Shown: in pieces, positions 19,123-26,929 of the stretch
Layout: the number at the start of each line of letters is the position of its first letter
Numbering within the stretch: the stretch's first letter is position 1
Virus record (IMG/VR): IMGVR_UViG_3300045988_180644
DNA: 64,000 bases
Origin: a virus
Direction: 5' to 3' (one strand)
The notes under the pieces: model-generated
Databases searched by the model: none
Seen by the model: the letters and a program-made list of their open reading frames with translations, nothing else
Told to the model about the DNA's origin: nothing
Translations under genes and position numbers: made by a program

Positions 19123-19338
19123 TTACAACTTCTCATGCCCATTTTCTTCAACAGATACCTTAATTCCTGCTTCTTCTAATGCTGATAACAGTGTTTCAGG
19201 TGACTGTTTTGCCTTTTTCATAATTTTTGTGACCTTTAAAAGTTTCTTTCTCTTGATTCCATCAGTATGAATGATGAAAGTCTTTCCATCATGTTCAAAT
19301 AAGATATCATTACCTCTTCTTTCGTATTTTTTGTCCAT
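19123..19338 (-). CDS. hypothetical protein (first gene of an operon)
   Basis: start ATG (MDKKYERRGN) with GGAAAGGAGG RBS just downstream of leader cassette g. Confidence 0.55.
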   Translation of the reverse strand: MDKKYERRGNDILFEHDGKTFIIHTDGIKRKKLLKVTKIMKKAKQSPETLLSALEEAGIKVSVEENGHEKL

Positions 19339-19355
19339 AAATAACCTCCTTTCCA

Positions 19356-19420
19356 ACAAAAAAGACATGCCAAAGCACGTCTCAATTTCGTTTATAATTA
19401 CATATTTATTTTATCATATA
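19356..19420 (-). promoter_or_regulatory. leader cassette g (before 19123..19338; sits in a divergent intergenic region)
   Basis: TATATGATAAAATAAATATGTAATTATAAACGAAATTGAG + ACGTGC/GCATGTCT + T6; no upstream minus-strand gene to terminate. Confidence 0.65.
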
Positions 19421-19557
19421 TGTGTTTTGTTAAGAAAAAAGTATCCTGATGATGCAGACAGGATACTCCAAAAATATCTCACCAATGAGACAATCTTAGT
19501 TTATTCTATATTACATAAAATTTCAACTCATTCTTATATATAAATTTAAAAAGTTAT

Positions 19558-19586
19558 TTGACAATATGTTGTATACGACATATAAT
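19558..19586 (+). promoter_or_regulatory. consensus sigma-70 promoter of higBA
   Basis: TTGACA-17 nt-TATAAT, ~24 nt upstream of RBS. Confidence 0.7.
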
Positions 19587-19609
19587 ATAATTGAAAGATG
19601 AGGAGTATT

Positions 19610-19978
19610 ATGAATTTTGAAATAGAATTTTATGAAACAGAGAATGGACGTGAGCCAGCAAAAGAATTTATTTTATCATTAGAGCCTAAAATGCAAGCTA
19701 AAATGTTACATGAAATAGATTTATTGAAAGAAAATGGGATTTTTTTACGAGAACCACATACAAAAATGATTGAAAAAGGAATATATGAAATTCGAGCTAA
19801 ACAAGGAAGTAATATAAGTAGAGTTTTATACTTCTTCACTATAGGTCAAAGAATCATTCTTACAAATGGATTTATAAAGAAAACACAAAAAACACCTAAA
19901 AGATATATTAACTATGCAAAACAATGTAAGAAAGATTATGAAGCTAGGCATACTATGAAAAAGGAGGAGATTTTATGA
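19610..19978 (+). CDS. higB: type II toxin, HigB/RelE-ParE (Gp49-like) family
   Basis: MNFEIEFYETENGREPAKEFILSL...IYEIRAK...RVLYFF fits Gp49/HigB-type toxin; GAGGAG RBS; 4-nt ATGA overlap with antitoxin. Confidence 0.7.
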   Translation: MNFEIEFYETENGREPAKEFILSLEPKMQAKMLHEIDLLKENGIFLREPHTKMIEKGIYEIRAKQGSNISRVLYFFTIGQRIILTNGFIKKTQKTPKRYINYAKQCKKDYEARHTMKKEEIL

Positions 19979-20253
19979 GCAGTTATGATGATTTTAGAAA
20001 TAAGTTATTAGAAAATCCTGAAGTTAAAGCTGAGTATGAAGCAATGCAACCTGAATATGATATTATTCAAGCACTTATTGATGCAAGAAAACAACAGGGC
20101 TTAACACAAAAAGATTTATCTCATATTACAGGAATTACACAGGCTGATATTAGTAGAATTGAAAATGGAACACGAAATCCAAGTTTAGCTATGTTGAAAA
20201 GATTAGCTGATGGTATGGGTATGAGATTAAAATTAGAGTTTGTTAAAAAATAA
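19975..20253 (+). CDS. higA: HTH (XRE-family) antitoxin, HigA-like
   Basis: GLTQKDLSHITGITQADISRIENG helix-turn-helix; 92 aa. Confidence 0.75.
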   Translation: MSSYDDFRNKLLENPEVKAEYEAMQPEYDIIQALIDARKQQGLTQKDLSHITGITQADISRIENGTRNPSLAMLKRLADGMGMRLKLEFVKK

Positions 20254-20254
20254 A

Positions 20255-20281
20255 GAGTCTACCATAAGGTAGACTTTTTTC
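20255..20281 (+). terminator. intrinsic terminator between convergent higA and ClpC-like gene
   Basis: AGTCTACC-ATAA-GGTAGACT + TTTTTT; A-run on other side makes it potentially bidirectional. Confidence 0.7.
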
Positions 20282-20289
20282 GTATTCCA

Positions 20290-21528
20290 TTAAGCTATGT
20301 TGACCATATATTCATCGTTCTTGTTGTCTTTTCCTAACAAAGAAGTCACATAATCACTAGCAACCTCCAGATTAAACCTTTCCATATCCTCACATGCACA
20401 CCATGCCATTGTATAGTCGATGATGTCTAGTGCCTTGTCTGGAAAGTATCTATCTGGAATAGTCTTCGCCATAGAAATGACTTTTTCTATATCCTCTAAT
20501 TCAATGCTAACATGATGATACTTACAATATCCCTGCAACTTCTTTTGAATCATTGCAGGAATTTGAGAAGGTTTTGGCTCATGAATATGAATTCTTCTAA
20601 AACGTCTTGCTAAAGCCTTGTTTACCGCTAGATATCTGTCATATTCTTCTTCAGTCGTAGCAATGATGAACTTGTGTTTCCCTTGTGTCAAAATAGGTTT
20701 TAATATTTCTGACAAAGATGTACTCCCTTCACTGCTTCCTGCCTGTGTTAAAGAGTGGGCTTCATCAATGAATACGATAAGTTTTTTACCTTTGACTGCT
20801 TTCAAAAATCTTTGAATCTTCTCTTCAAATTCCCCTCTATATTTAGTACCAGCCACAGTTGCTGTCACATCTAGATTGACAATTTGGTATCCTTTGAGTT
20901 TTTGGGGAGGATTGTATCGAATCAGTCTAGCTAATTCTTCTACAATGGCACTCTTCCCTACCCCAGCCTTACCAAGAAGAGCAATATTAGCCTTATCCTT
21001 GCATGATAAACCAATAATCATCTGTTTAACCTCTTTGTCTCTGCCAAGAATTGTCTTGGTTTTGGCTGGTTTGATGATTTCCGTGAATGATTCACAACCT
21101 TTTATAGCCTTTAATGAACTTTCTTTTTCTCTTAGTTTGTCAACAACTTCATCAATGTCGACTCCCTCTTCCTTAAGGATTTCTACAGAGACAGATTCTG
21201 ACTCTAATAATGCAACGCACAATTCATCAATGTTTACTTTAGCCTTTTTCTTGTTTTCTAAGGCATTATTAAGAATCTTTTTAAAAACATCGCCATATTC
21301 TAAATAGAACGGCTGTACTTCCTTTTCTGGGAAGAAATATTCTACCCTTTTAGCAAAAGATGTATAATCAACTCCATACTTTTTTAGTTCCTTTGTTAAT
21401 AAAACATCCATTTGTAATAGAGCTAATAGTAAATGACATGTGTCAACTCTTTCGTGTCCTTTATCGAAACAGATAGATTCAGCTGTCACAATTGCTTTTT
21501 GACATTTTTCATCAAATTTATCTAACAT
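20290..21528 (-). CDS. ClpA/ClpC-like AAA+ ATPase, truncated: Clp N-domain repeats + D1 module only
   Basis: two Clp_N-like repeats (LLLALL...), Walker A GKAGVGKS, LIVFIDEAHSL Walker B, ARRF sensor; no D2 domain; 412 aa. Confidence 0.75.
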   Translation of the reverse strand: MLDKFDEKCQKAIVTAESICFDKGHERVDTCHLLLALLQMDVLLTKELKKYGVDYTSFAKRVEYFFPEKEVQPFYLEYGDVFKKILNNALENKKKAKVNIDELCVALLESESVSVEILKEEGVDIDEVVDKLREKESSLKAIKGCESFTEIIKPAKTKTILGRDKEVKQMIIGLSCKDKANIALLGKAGVGKSAIVEELARLIRYNPPQKLKGYQIVNLDVTATVAGTKYRGEFEEKIQRFLKAVKGKKLIVFIDEAHSLTQAGSSEGSTSLSEILKPILTQGKHKFIIATTEEEYDRYLAVNKALARRFRRIHIHEPKPSQIPAMIQKKLQGYCKYHHVSIELEDIEKVISMAKTIPDRYFPDKALDIIDYTMAWCACEDMERFNLEVASDYVTSLLGKDNKNDEYMVNIA

Positions 21529-21547
21529 AGTATTCCTCCTTTTGATG

Positions 21548-21610
21548 CAAAAAAGACGTGCTATGCACGTCTTCGTTCGTTTATTTATCTACGTTAATAT
21601 TATATCATAG
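21548..21610 (-). promoter_or_regulatory. leader cassette h (before ClpC-like gene)
   Basis: CTATGATATAAT (perfect extended -10) ...AAACGAACGA + AGACGTGC/GCACGTCT + T6. Confidence 0.65.
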
Positions 21611-21615
21611 AAAAT

Positions 21616-22068
21616 TTAATTCAACACTGTATCGTCTTTAAACATATTCAATGCATTAATGACAATTTCAAGTGCATTGATATCATTATTCGTTAAAATT
21701 GTCAAAATGCAGTATGTGACTACCATGATATCACACAAGAATACATCTCCTTTATACCCTATATCTCTATATCCTGTCTCTTCATTGTTTTGAATGCTTA
21801 TTTCCTCACGGATATATATTTCTCTTTCTTCCTCATGTTTCTGTGCTTCCTGAGCAATGAAGTTCTGTGCTTCAACAACATATCTGATAAAAGTTTCTAT
21901 ATCATAGAAGTCATTCATTTCCTCATCATTCATATTATCAATCTCCTGACAGATAATTTCATGTAAATTGACAATAGCCATTAAACATCCTTCCTGCGTT
22001 ATTGTAGGACAGTTGACATCAATGTTTTCCTTATTCAATTGAAACGTTCCTTCAAATTTTACTTCCAT
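21616..22068 (-). CDS. hypothetical acidic protein
   Basis: 150 aa ORF. Confidence 0.55.
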   Translation of the reverse strand: MEVKFEGTFQLNKENIDVNCPTITQEGCLMAIVNLHEIICQEIDNMNDEEMNDFYDIETFIRYVVEAQNFIAQEAQKHEEEREIYIREEISIQNNEETGYRDIGYKGDVFLCDIMVVTYCILTILTNNDINALEIVINALNMFKDDTVLN

Positions 22069-22082
22069 AAGTTCACCTCCAA

Positions 22083-22150
22083 AATAAAAACTGTAATGTT
22101 TCCATTACAGTCCTTCTAAGAAAAGTATATCATAAATCGCTTATATTTTG
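22083..22150 (-). promoter_or_regulatory. same architecture, different sequence: TGATATACT -10, hairpin CTGTAATG/CATTACAG, U-tract, RBS of 21616..22068
   Basis: read on minus strand from 22150 down to 22083. Confidence 0.45.
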
Positions 22151-22182
22151 CGTTATAGAAGATTTTTGATTCATAGGTAATC

Positions 22183-23001
22183 TTATACCACCTTTAACTT
22201 AAAACTTGCTTCAGCCCCAAATAAAGAAGTTCTGATAGTTGTTTCTCCTTTCTTTTTAGGGTTAATCTTTCCACTTTCATTAATACTGGCTATTTCTTCA
22301 TCATCAATAGCATACTTTATATCATCTGTTTTATCACTACCAATTATATGTGGCTTTAATGTTGTTGTCTGATTAAGTCTTAGGGTTAATGTATCATTCT
22401 GAAACCCAAATACGATTTCTGGATTTTGTATAGAAACCTCAATATCCTTAGACACTTTATTTCCTGATTCATCGTTGGCAGTCACTTCTAATTGGTAAGT
22501 TCCTGCTTTTGTCATATCAACGTCACTGTCATCTATTTCTAACTGACACTTTGACAGGTCCTTGACCCCAAAATATTCGTTCCAGTCGATTGTCTGTCCA
22601 ACATAGACATTTAAATCCTTGTATTGAACAATTTCAGGTTTTACTGTATCTTCAACAGAAACTGTAAATGGAAGTTCAATTGTTTCTGAATCGCTTTTGT
22701 ATGTTATCTTGCATTGATATGTTCCTACTGCTGGATAATTCTTACCTTTTTCCATCTCTACATCAGTTTCTAATGTCGAATCAAATAATGGGCTTCCTTG
22801 TTTTTTAGCCTTGGATTTATTGATGTTGACATATTCAGATATAGACGAAGATATATTTGTTCCATACTCTATAGTGAAGTTATCCTGTTTGAGGGATATG
22901 ATAGGGCCTGTTTCATCCAGAATGAATCTTATCAAAAATACAGTGCCAAAACATGCAATCATTATCATAATCGTAAGAATAATTATTTTTCCTTTTTTCA
23001 T
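22183..23001 (-). CDS. membrane-anchored surface protein with Ig-like repeats
   Basis: N-terminal TM/signal (IIILTIMIMIACFGTVFLI); domain paralogous to N-terminus of 23077..24402 (YPAVG...VEDT.KP). Confidence 0.6.
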   Translation of the reverse strand: MKKGKIIILTIMIMIACFGTVFLIRFILDETGPIISLKQDNFTIEYGTNISSSISEYVNINKSKAKKQGSPLFDSTLETDVEMEKGKNYPAVGTYQCKITYKSDSETIELPFTVSVEDTVKPEIVQYKDLNVYVGQTIDWNEYFGVKDLSKCQLEIDDSDVDMTKAGTYQLEVTANDESGNKVSKDIEVSIQNPEIVFGFQNDTLTLRLNQTTTLKPHIIGSDKTDDIKYAIDDEEIASINESGKINPKKKGETTIRTSLFGAEASFKLKVV

Positions 23002-23076
23002 CTCCTTTCCTCCGATTCAAAAGTTCTTGTATCTTTATTATTTTATCACACATATAAAAAAAGAGGCATTTTGCCC

Positions 23077-24402
23077 CTAATATTTCGTAATATTCTTTTC
23101 CAAGTCAATGATAAACACTGTGTTGCTGTCAATAGCCTGCATAACTTTCTTCATCTGAGAAGTCGGAATTGCTACACATCCTCCTGTATAATGGATACTA
23201 TTAGCACAATGCAGGAAAAAAGCAAAGCCTTTTCCTTTTACATTAGATGTATTATAGCTGAAGGCTGCAGCATACTTATATTGAGTAGGATAATCAATTA
23301 AATGCTCATCATTTTTTTTACTGCAAGAATGTTCTGTTACATCCTCATCTACAAATTGATTGTATAATGTTTCTCCACACCAGTAATCATTGTTATCAAT
23401 TCTATGATACGGAAGCTGAGTACCAGGATTTGATGATATTCCCATTAATTTTGTAAAAGTATATTGTCCAATAGGCGTTCTCGTACTGTTTTCACTTCCT
23501 GTTCCTACTCCAGCCTTACCAAAATCAGCTGTTGTCTCTAGAACTTCTTTCCATTTTCCATTCACTTTCTGATAATAAGTAAATGTTCCTTGTCTTGATG
23601 AACTTGATGGAGCTGATGCAATCATAATTTTTGAATAGCTTTTAGCAACATCTAATTTAGAAACCCATAAATCATTTGACGATGCGCTGGATGAACCAGA
23701 TGTTCCAGTTGATGTTCCGGTATTCTTATTTGAAGTGCTTGAAGAATTGCTACTTGCTGTTTTGTTACTCGTAGAACTCCCCTTCTGTGATGAGCTTGAG
23801 TTGTTTGTCTTGTTTGATGATTGACTTGTAGTGCTTCCCTTTGAAGAACTCTTAGAAGTAGTATTCTTTGATGCCGTTATAGCTTTTTCTTTGACTGTCA
23901 AATCAATTTCCTTTTGAGCCTTGTTCTGATATTCATCAGTAGCTGTGACCTTCACCTTATAATTTCCTGATTTTGTATAGTCAATTTGAGCATCTTCTAC
24001 TGTAATGGTTACATCAGATAAATCTGTTGCTGTAAATTTCTTTTTATCAATCTTTTCACCATTATCAACAGTGACCTTTGTTATTCCATCGGTAAAGGTT
24101 GGAGCCTTTGTGTCTTCAACTTTTATTGTCACTTCCTGATTCGTATTTCCGTGACTAATCTTTAATGTATACTCCCCAACGGCAGGGTATTCTTTACCTT
24201 CTTCATTTTCTGGAATCCCTGTCATTGTTGAATTTTTCATATATTCATCACTGTTTTCTAGATACGTTTTTAAATCCGAAGAAACGATTTCTCCATATTC
24301 TACTGTTAATTCTTTATTCTTTAATTTCATTTGTTCCTGCTGGCATCCACTAATCATTAATGACACTAACAGTACCAAAAAAACTTGTAAACATTTTCTC
24401 AT
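23077..24402 (-). CDS. lipoprotein with Ig-like domains, S/T-rich linker and C-terminal L,D-transpeptidase (YkuD-like) domain
   Basis: lipobox LMISGC; LHCANSIHYTGGCVAIP matches LD-transpeptidase catalytic motif; start moved to ATG (MRKCLQV) with GGAGG RBS. Confidence 0.65.
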   Translation of the reverse strand: MRKCLQVFLVLLVSLMISGCQQEQMKLKNKELTVEYGEIVSSDLKTYLENSDEYMKNSTMTGIPENEEGKEYPAVGEYTLKISHGNTNQEVTIKVEDTKAPTFTDGITKVTVDNGEKIDKKKFTATDLSDVTITVEDAQIDYTKSGNYKVKVTATDEYQNKAQKEIDLTVKEKAITASKNTTSKSSSKGSTTSQSSNKTNNSSSSQKGSSTSNKTASSNSSSTSNKNTGTSTGTSGSSSASSNDLWVSKLDVAKSYSKIMIASAPSSSSRQGTFTYYQKVNGKWKEVLETTADFGKAGVGTGSENSTRTPIGQYTFTKLMGISSNPGTQLPYHRIDNNDYWCGETLYNQFVDEDVTEHSCSKKNDEHLIDYPTQYKYAAAFSYNTSNVKGKGFAFFLHCANSIHYTGGCVAIPTSQMKKVMQAIDSNTVFIIDLEKNITKY

Positions 24403-24417
24403 TTTATTCCTCCTTAC

Positions 24418-24486
24418 AACAAAAAAAAGATGTGTAGCTTTGTACACATCTCCTTCGTATATATTTACATGATTATTTTATCATAA
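24418..24486 (-). promoter_or_regulatory. leader cassette i (before LD-transpeptidase lipoprotein)
   Basis: TATGATAAAATAATCATGTAAATATATACGAAGGAG + ATGTGTACA/TGTACACATCT + T8. Confidence 0.6.
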
Positions 24487-24506
24487 GTTAACATTCTATG
24501 GAAAAT

Positions 24507-26321
24507 CTACGCCTTGTCTACTTCCAATACATTGTATCTTGGTCCAACCCCATTAAAATCAGTATATCCGACTTCAATCAGATAATTGACATTGGCCTTT
24601 TTATCCTTCTTTCTTTGATATGTTTCGGCACGGATTTCTCTAGCTTCATTTTCTGTGACATTATCTCTTTCCATGATTCGCTGAACATTATCACTCATTG
24701 TAAATGACTCTTCATTACAAATCGGTTTTACATTTTTTAATCCTCCAAACAACCACAATTCCAAAGCTGGGAAGGATTTCTTTCCATGGTCAAAGACCAT
24801 TTCATATTGCGTCATCTTAGCGTGATTAGACTTGTAATAGAGGTCAATTCTTGATACATTGAAACTCATTTTTGCTATAGGCAAAGGTAATCCATTTCCA
24901 AATGGCTTCAATTTCTTAATCTCTTCTACAAAAGCCAATCTTTCCTTGCGATTATGGATTTGAACATAAGTCTTTTCAATAACCTTACCTTGTTCTTGCT
25001 TTTCCACACTCTCGCAAAACTCTTGTTTAAACTCTTCCAAATTTTCATCCAGCACGGTCAACCCTGCTGCATCGGCATGTCCTCCATATGCATATAACAA
25101 ATGTTTTCTGTCATCAATGTCCTGAAGAGTATCATACAAGTTGATAAGCGAGTTGCCTCTTGCTGAACCTTTCCAGGCTTTTTGACCATCCACCATACAG
25201 TCTGTCATGACTAGAGTTGTCTTATTATTTTCATTCATGTAAGCACCAGCCAAAATCCCAATAATTCCCTCATGGATTCCTTCTTGAGCAATAAAATTGA
25301 CTGATGTTGATTCATCAAGATGGATTCCTTCCATAGTCTGTTTTTTGATGTCCTTTCTTTCTTCATTTAAAAAGACAATAAATGAACAGGCTCTTCTGGC
25401 ATCTTCTTTATTATCAGTTGTTAAGAAATCAACTGCCAACTTAGCATCATGTAAACGTCCAACAGCATTGATGGCCGGCGCAATGGAAAATCCAATGGAC
25501 TGCTCATCAAATGTTTCCTGATTCACTTCCTGATAATCCATAAGCATTTTAAGATGCCAGTCGGGCTCAGTCTGGATAGACTTGATTCCATCCTTTAACC
25601 ATTTTCTATTCTCATTGACCTGAGATAAAGCATCATCTGCTGATGCAATAGGCATGACGTCTGAAACAATGGTCAAAGCTGAAAGCTGTAATAGGTATTT
25701 TCGAAGATTGTCTTTTTTCTTCTTTAACGCCTTGCTATTATCCAATAATAAGCTTGCAACCTTATATGCAACCTGTGCTCCACTGATGTATGGGAATGGA
25801 TATGCTCCAATTTGAGGATGCACGATGAGATTGGCATTTGGCAAGACTGATGATGGTGTATGATGGTCGGTAACGTATACGTACAATCCTTTCTCTCTTG
25901 CATAGTCAATAACCTCATGACAGGCAATTCCATTATCACAGGTTAAGATGGCCTTGATATTATCATCTAAAGCCTTATCTATCATCTCCTTGCATAATCC
26001 ATATCCATTTCTGATACGATGAGGGATATCATAATCCACTCTGGCATGAATGAATGTTAAAGCAAGGTATAAGATAGAAGTTGCTCCTACACCATCCATA
26101 TCATAATCTCCCATAATTCTGATTTTTTCATTGTTTTTGATGTGAGTTTGAAGAGCTTCGCATAACTCTACACAATTATCCAATAACTTTGGCGAATGCA
26201 ACTCACAGGGGTTGTAGAGAGTTTGGATGGATTTTTGGGAGAATCCTAAATGTGTTAACCACTCATCCATCTGCACATTGTCTACAAGTCCGCTTGTTTT
26301 ATCTAATTCCTTCCAGTTCAT
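24507..26321 (-). CDS. recJ: single-stranded-DNA-specific exonuclease RecJ (DHH family)
   Basis: DHH motifs GDYDMDG, TCDNG, VTDHH; 604 aa. Confidence 0.8.
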   Translation of the reverse strand: MNWKELDKTSGLVDNVQMDEWLTHLGFSQKSIQTLYNPCELHSPKLLDNCVELCEALQTHIKNNEKIRIMGDYDMDGVGATSILYLALTFIHARVDYDIPHRIRNGYGLCKEMIDKALDDNIKAILTCDNGIACHEVIDYAREKGLYVYVTDHHTPSSVLPNANLIVHPQIGAYPFPYISGAQVAYKVASLLLDNSKALKKKKDNLRKYLLQLSALTIVSDVMPIASADDALSQVNENRKWLKDGIKSIQTEPDWHLKMLMDYQEVNQETFDEQSIGFSIAPAINAVGRLHDAKLAVDFLTTDNKEDARRACSFIVFLNEERKDIKKQTMEGIHLDESTSVNFIAQEGIHEGIIGILAGAYMNENNKTTLVMTDCMVDGQKAWKGSARGNSLINLYDTLQDIDDRKHLLYAYGGHADAAGLTVLDENLEEFKQEFCESVEKQEQGKVIEKTYVQIHNRKERLAFVEEIKKLKPFGNGLPLPIAKMSFNVSRIDLYYKSNHAKMTQYEMVFDHGKKSFPALELWLFGGLKNVKPICNEESFTMSDNVQRIMERDNVTENEAREIRAETYQRKKDKKANVNYLIEVGYTDFNGVGPRYNVLEVDKA

Positions 26322-26830
26322 CTTGACTCCTCCTTTATGATTCTTTTAAGTTCTGAAGCGAATATCCAGTCAGGAAGTTCATAGTGGACAGTATGTCCTT
26401 TCCATGTTCCCTTTGTAAAGTTAATATTGTTGACAAGTTTAATTCCTGTCATGTTATGTAAAGCAACATCTTCTAGATTCTTTGTATAGTCATCAAGCAA
26501 GTATAACTCATGAGAATTATCACTTGAATTCATGTAATGGCTTTTTTGCTTGCCATAGGGAACATAGATTCTATCTTTTTTATCAATAAATGGTAGATAT
26601 TTATCTACAAGCTGATTCTTTTCTTCTAGAATATAATCTCTGTCCAGACATGATGACAATATCTTGAGTTTCACATCTGGATTCTCTTTGTGGAAAGTCT
26701 TAATCCCTCTAATGACATTATCGAATGGATAAAGTGATGAGAAAAAGCCTCTTTCCAGTATTTCATCCAGTGATGCATCCTTTTTAAATTCAAAGCATGT
26801 TCCATCTAAATCTATATATAATGTTTTCAT
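26318..26830 (-). CDS. 5'(3')-deoxyribonucleotidase (HAD superfamily, NT5C-like)
   Basis: LYIDLDGT HAD motif I; start set to ATG (MKTLYIDLDG) with AAAGGAGAG RBS. Confidence 0.65.
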   Translation of the reverse strand: MKTLYIDLDGTCFEFKKDASLDEILERGFFSSLYPFDNVIRGIKTFHKENPDVKLKILSSCLDRDYILEEKNQLVDKYLPFIDKKDRIYVPYGKQKSHYMNSSDNSHELYLLDDYTKNLEDVALHNMTGIKLVNNINFTKGTWKGHTVHYELPDWIFASELKRIIKEESR

Positions 26831-26929
26831 ATCTTCTCTCCTTTCTTTAGTGACATTATTTTCATTTATACATGACATTTTTTTCTTTTCGTCTTGTATC
26901 TGATGACAACATTTTCTTTTGGTCTTGTA

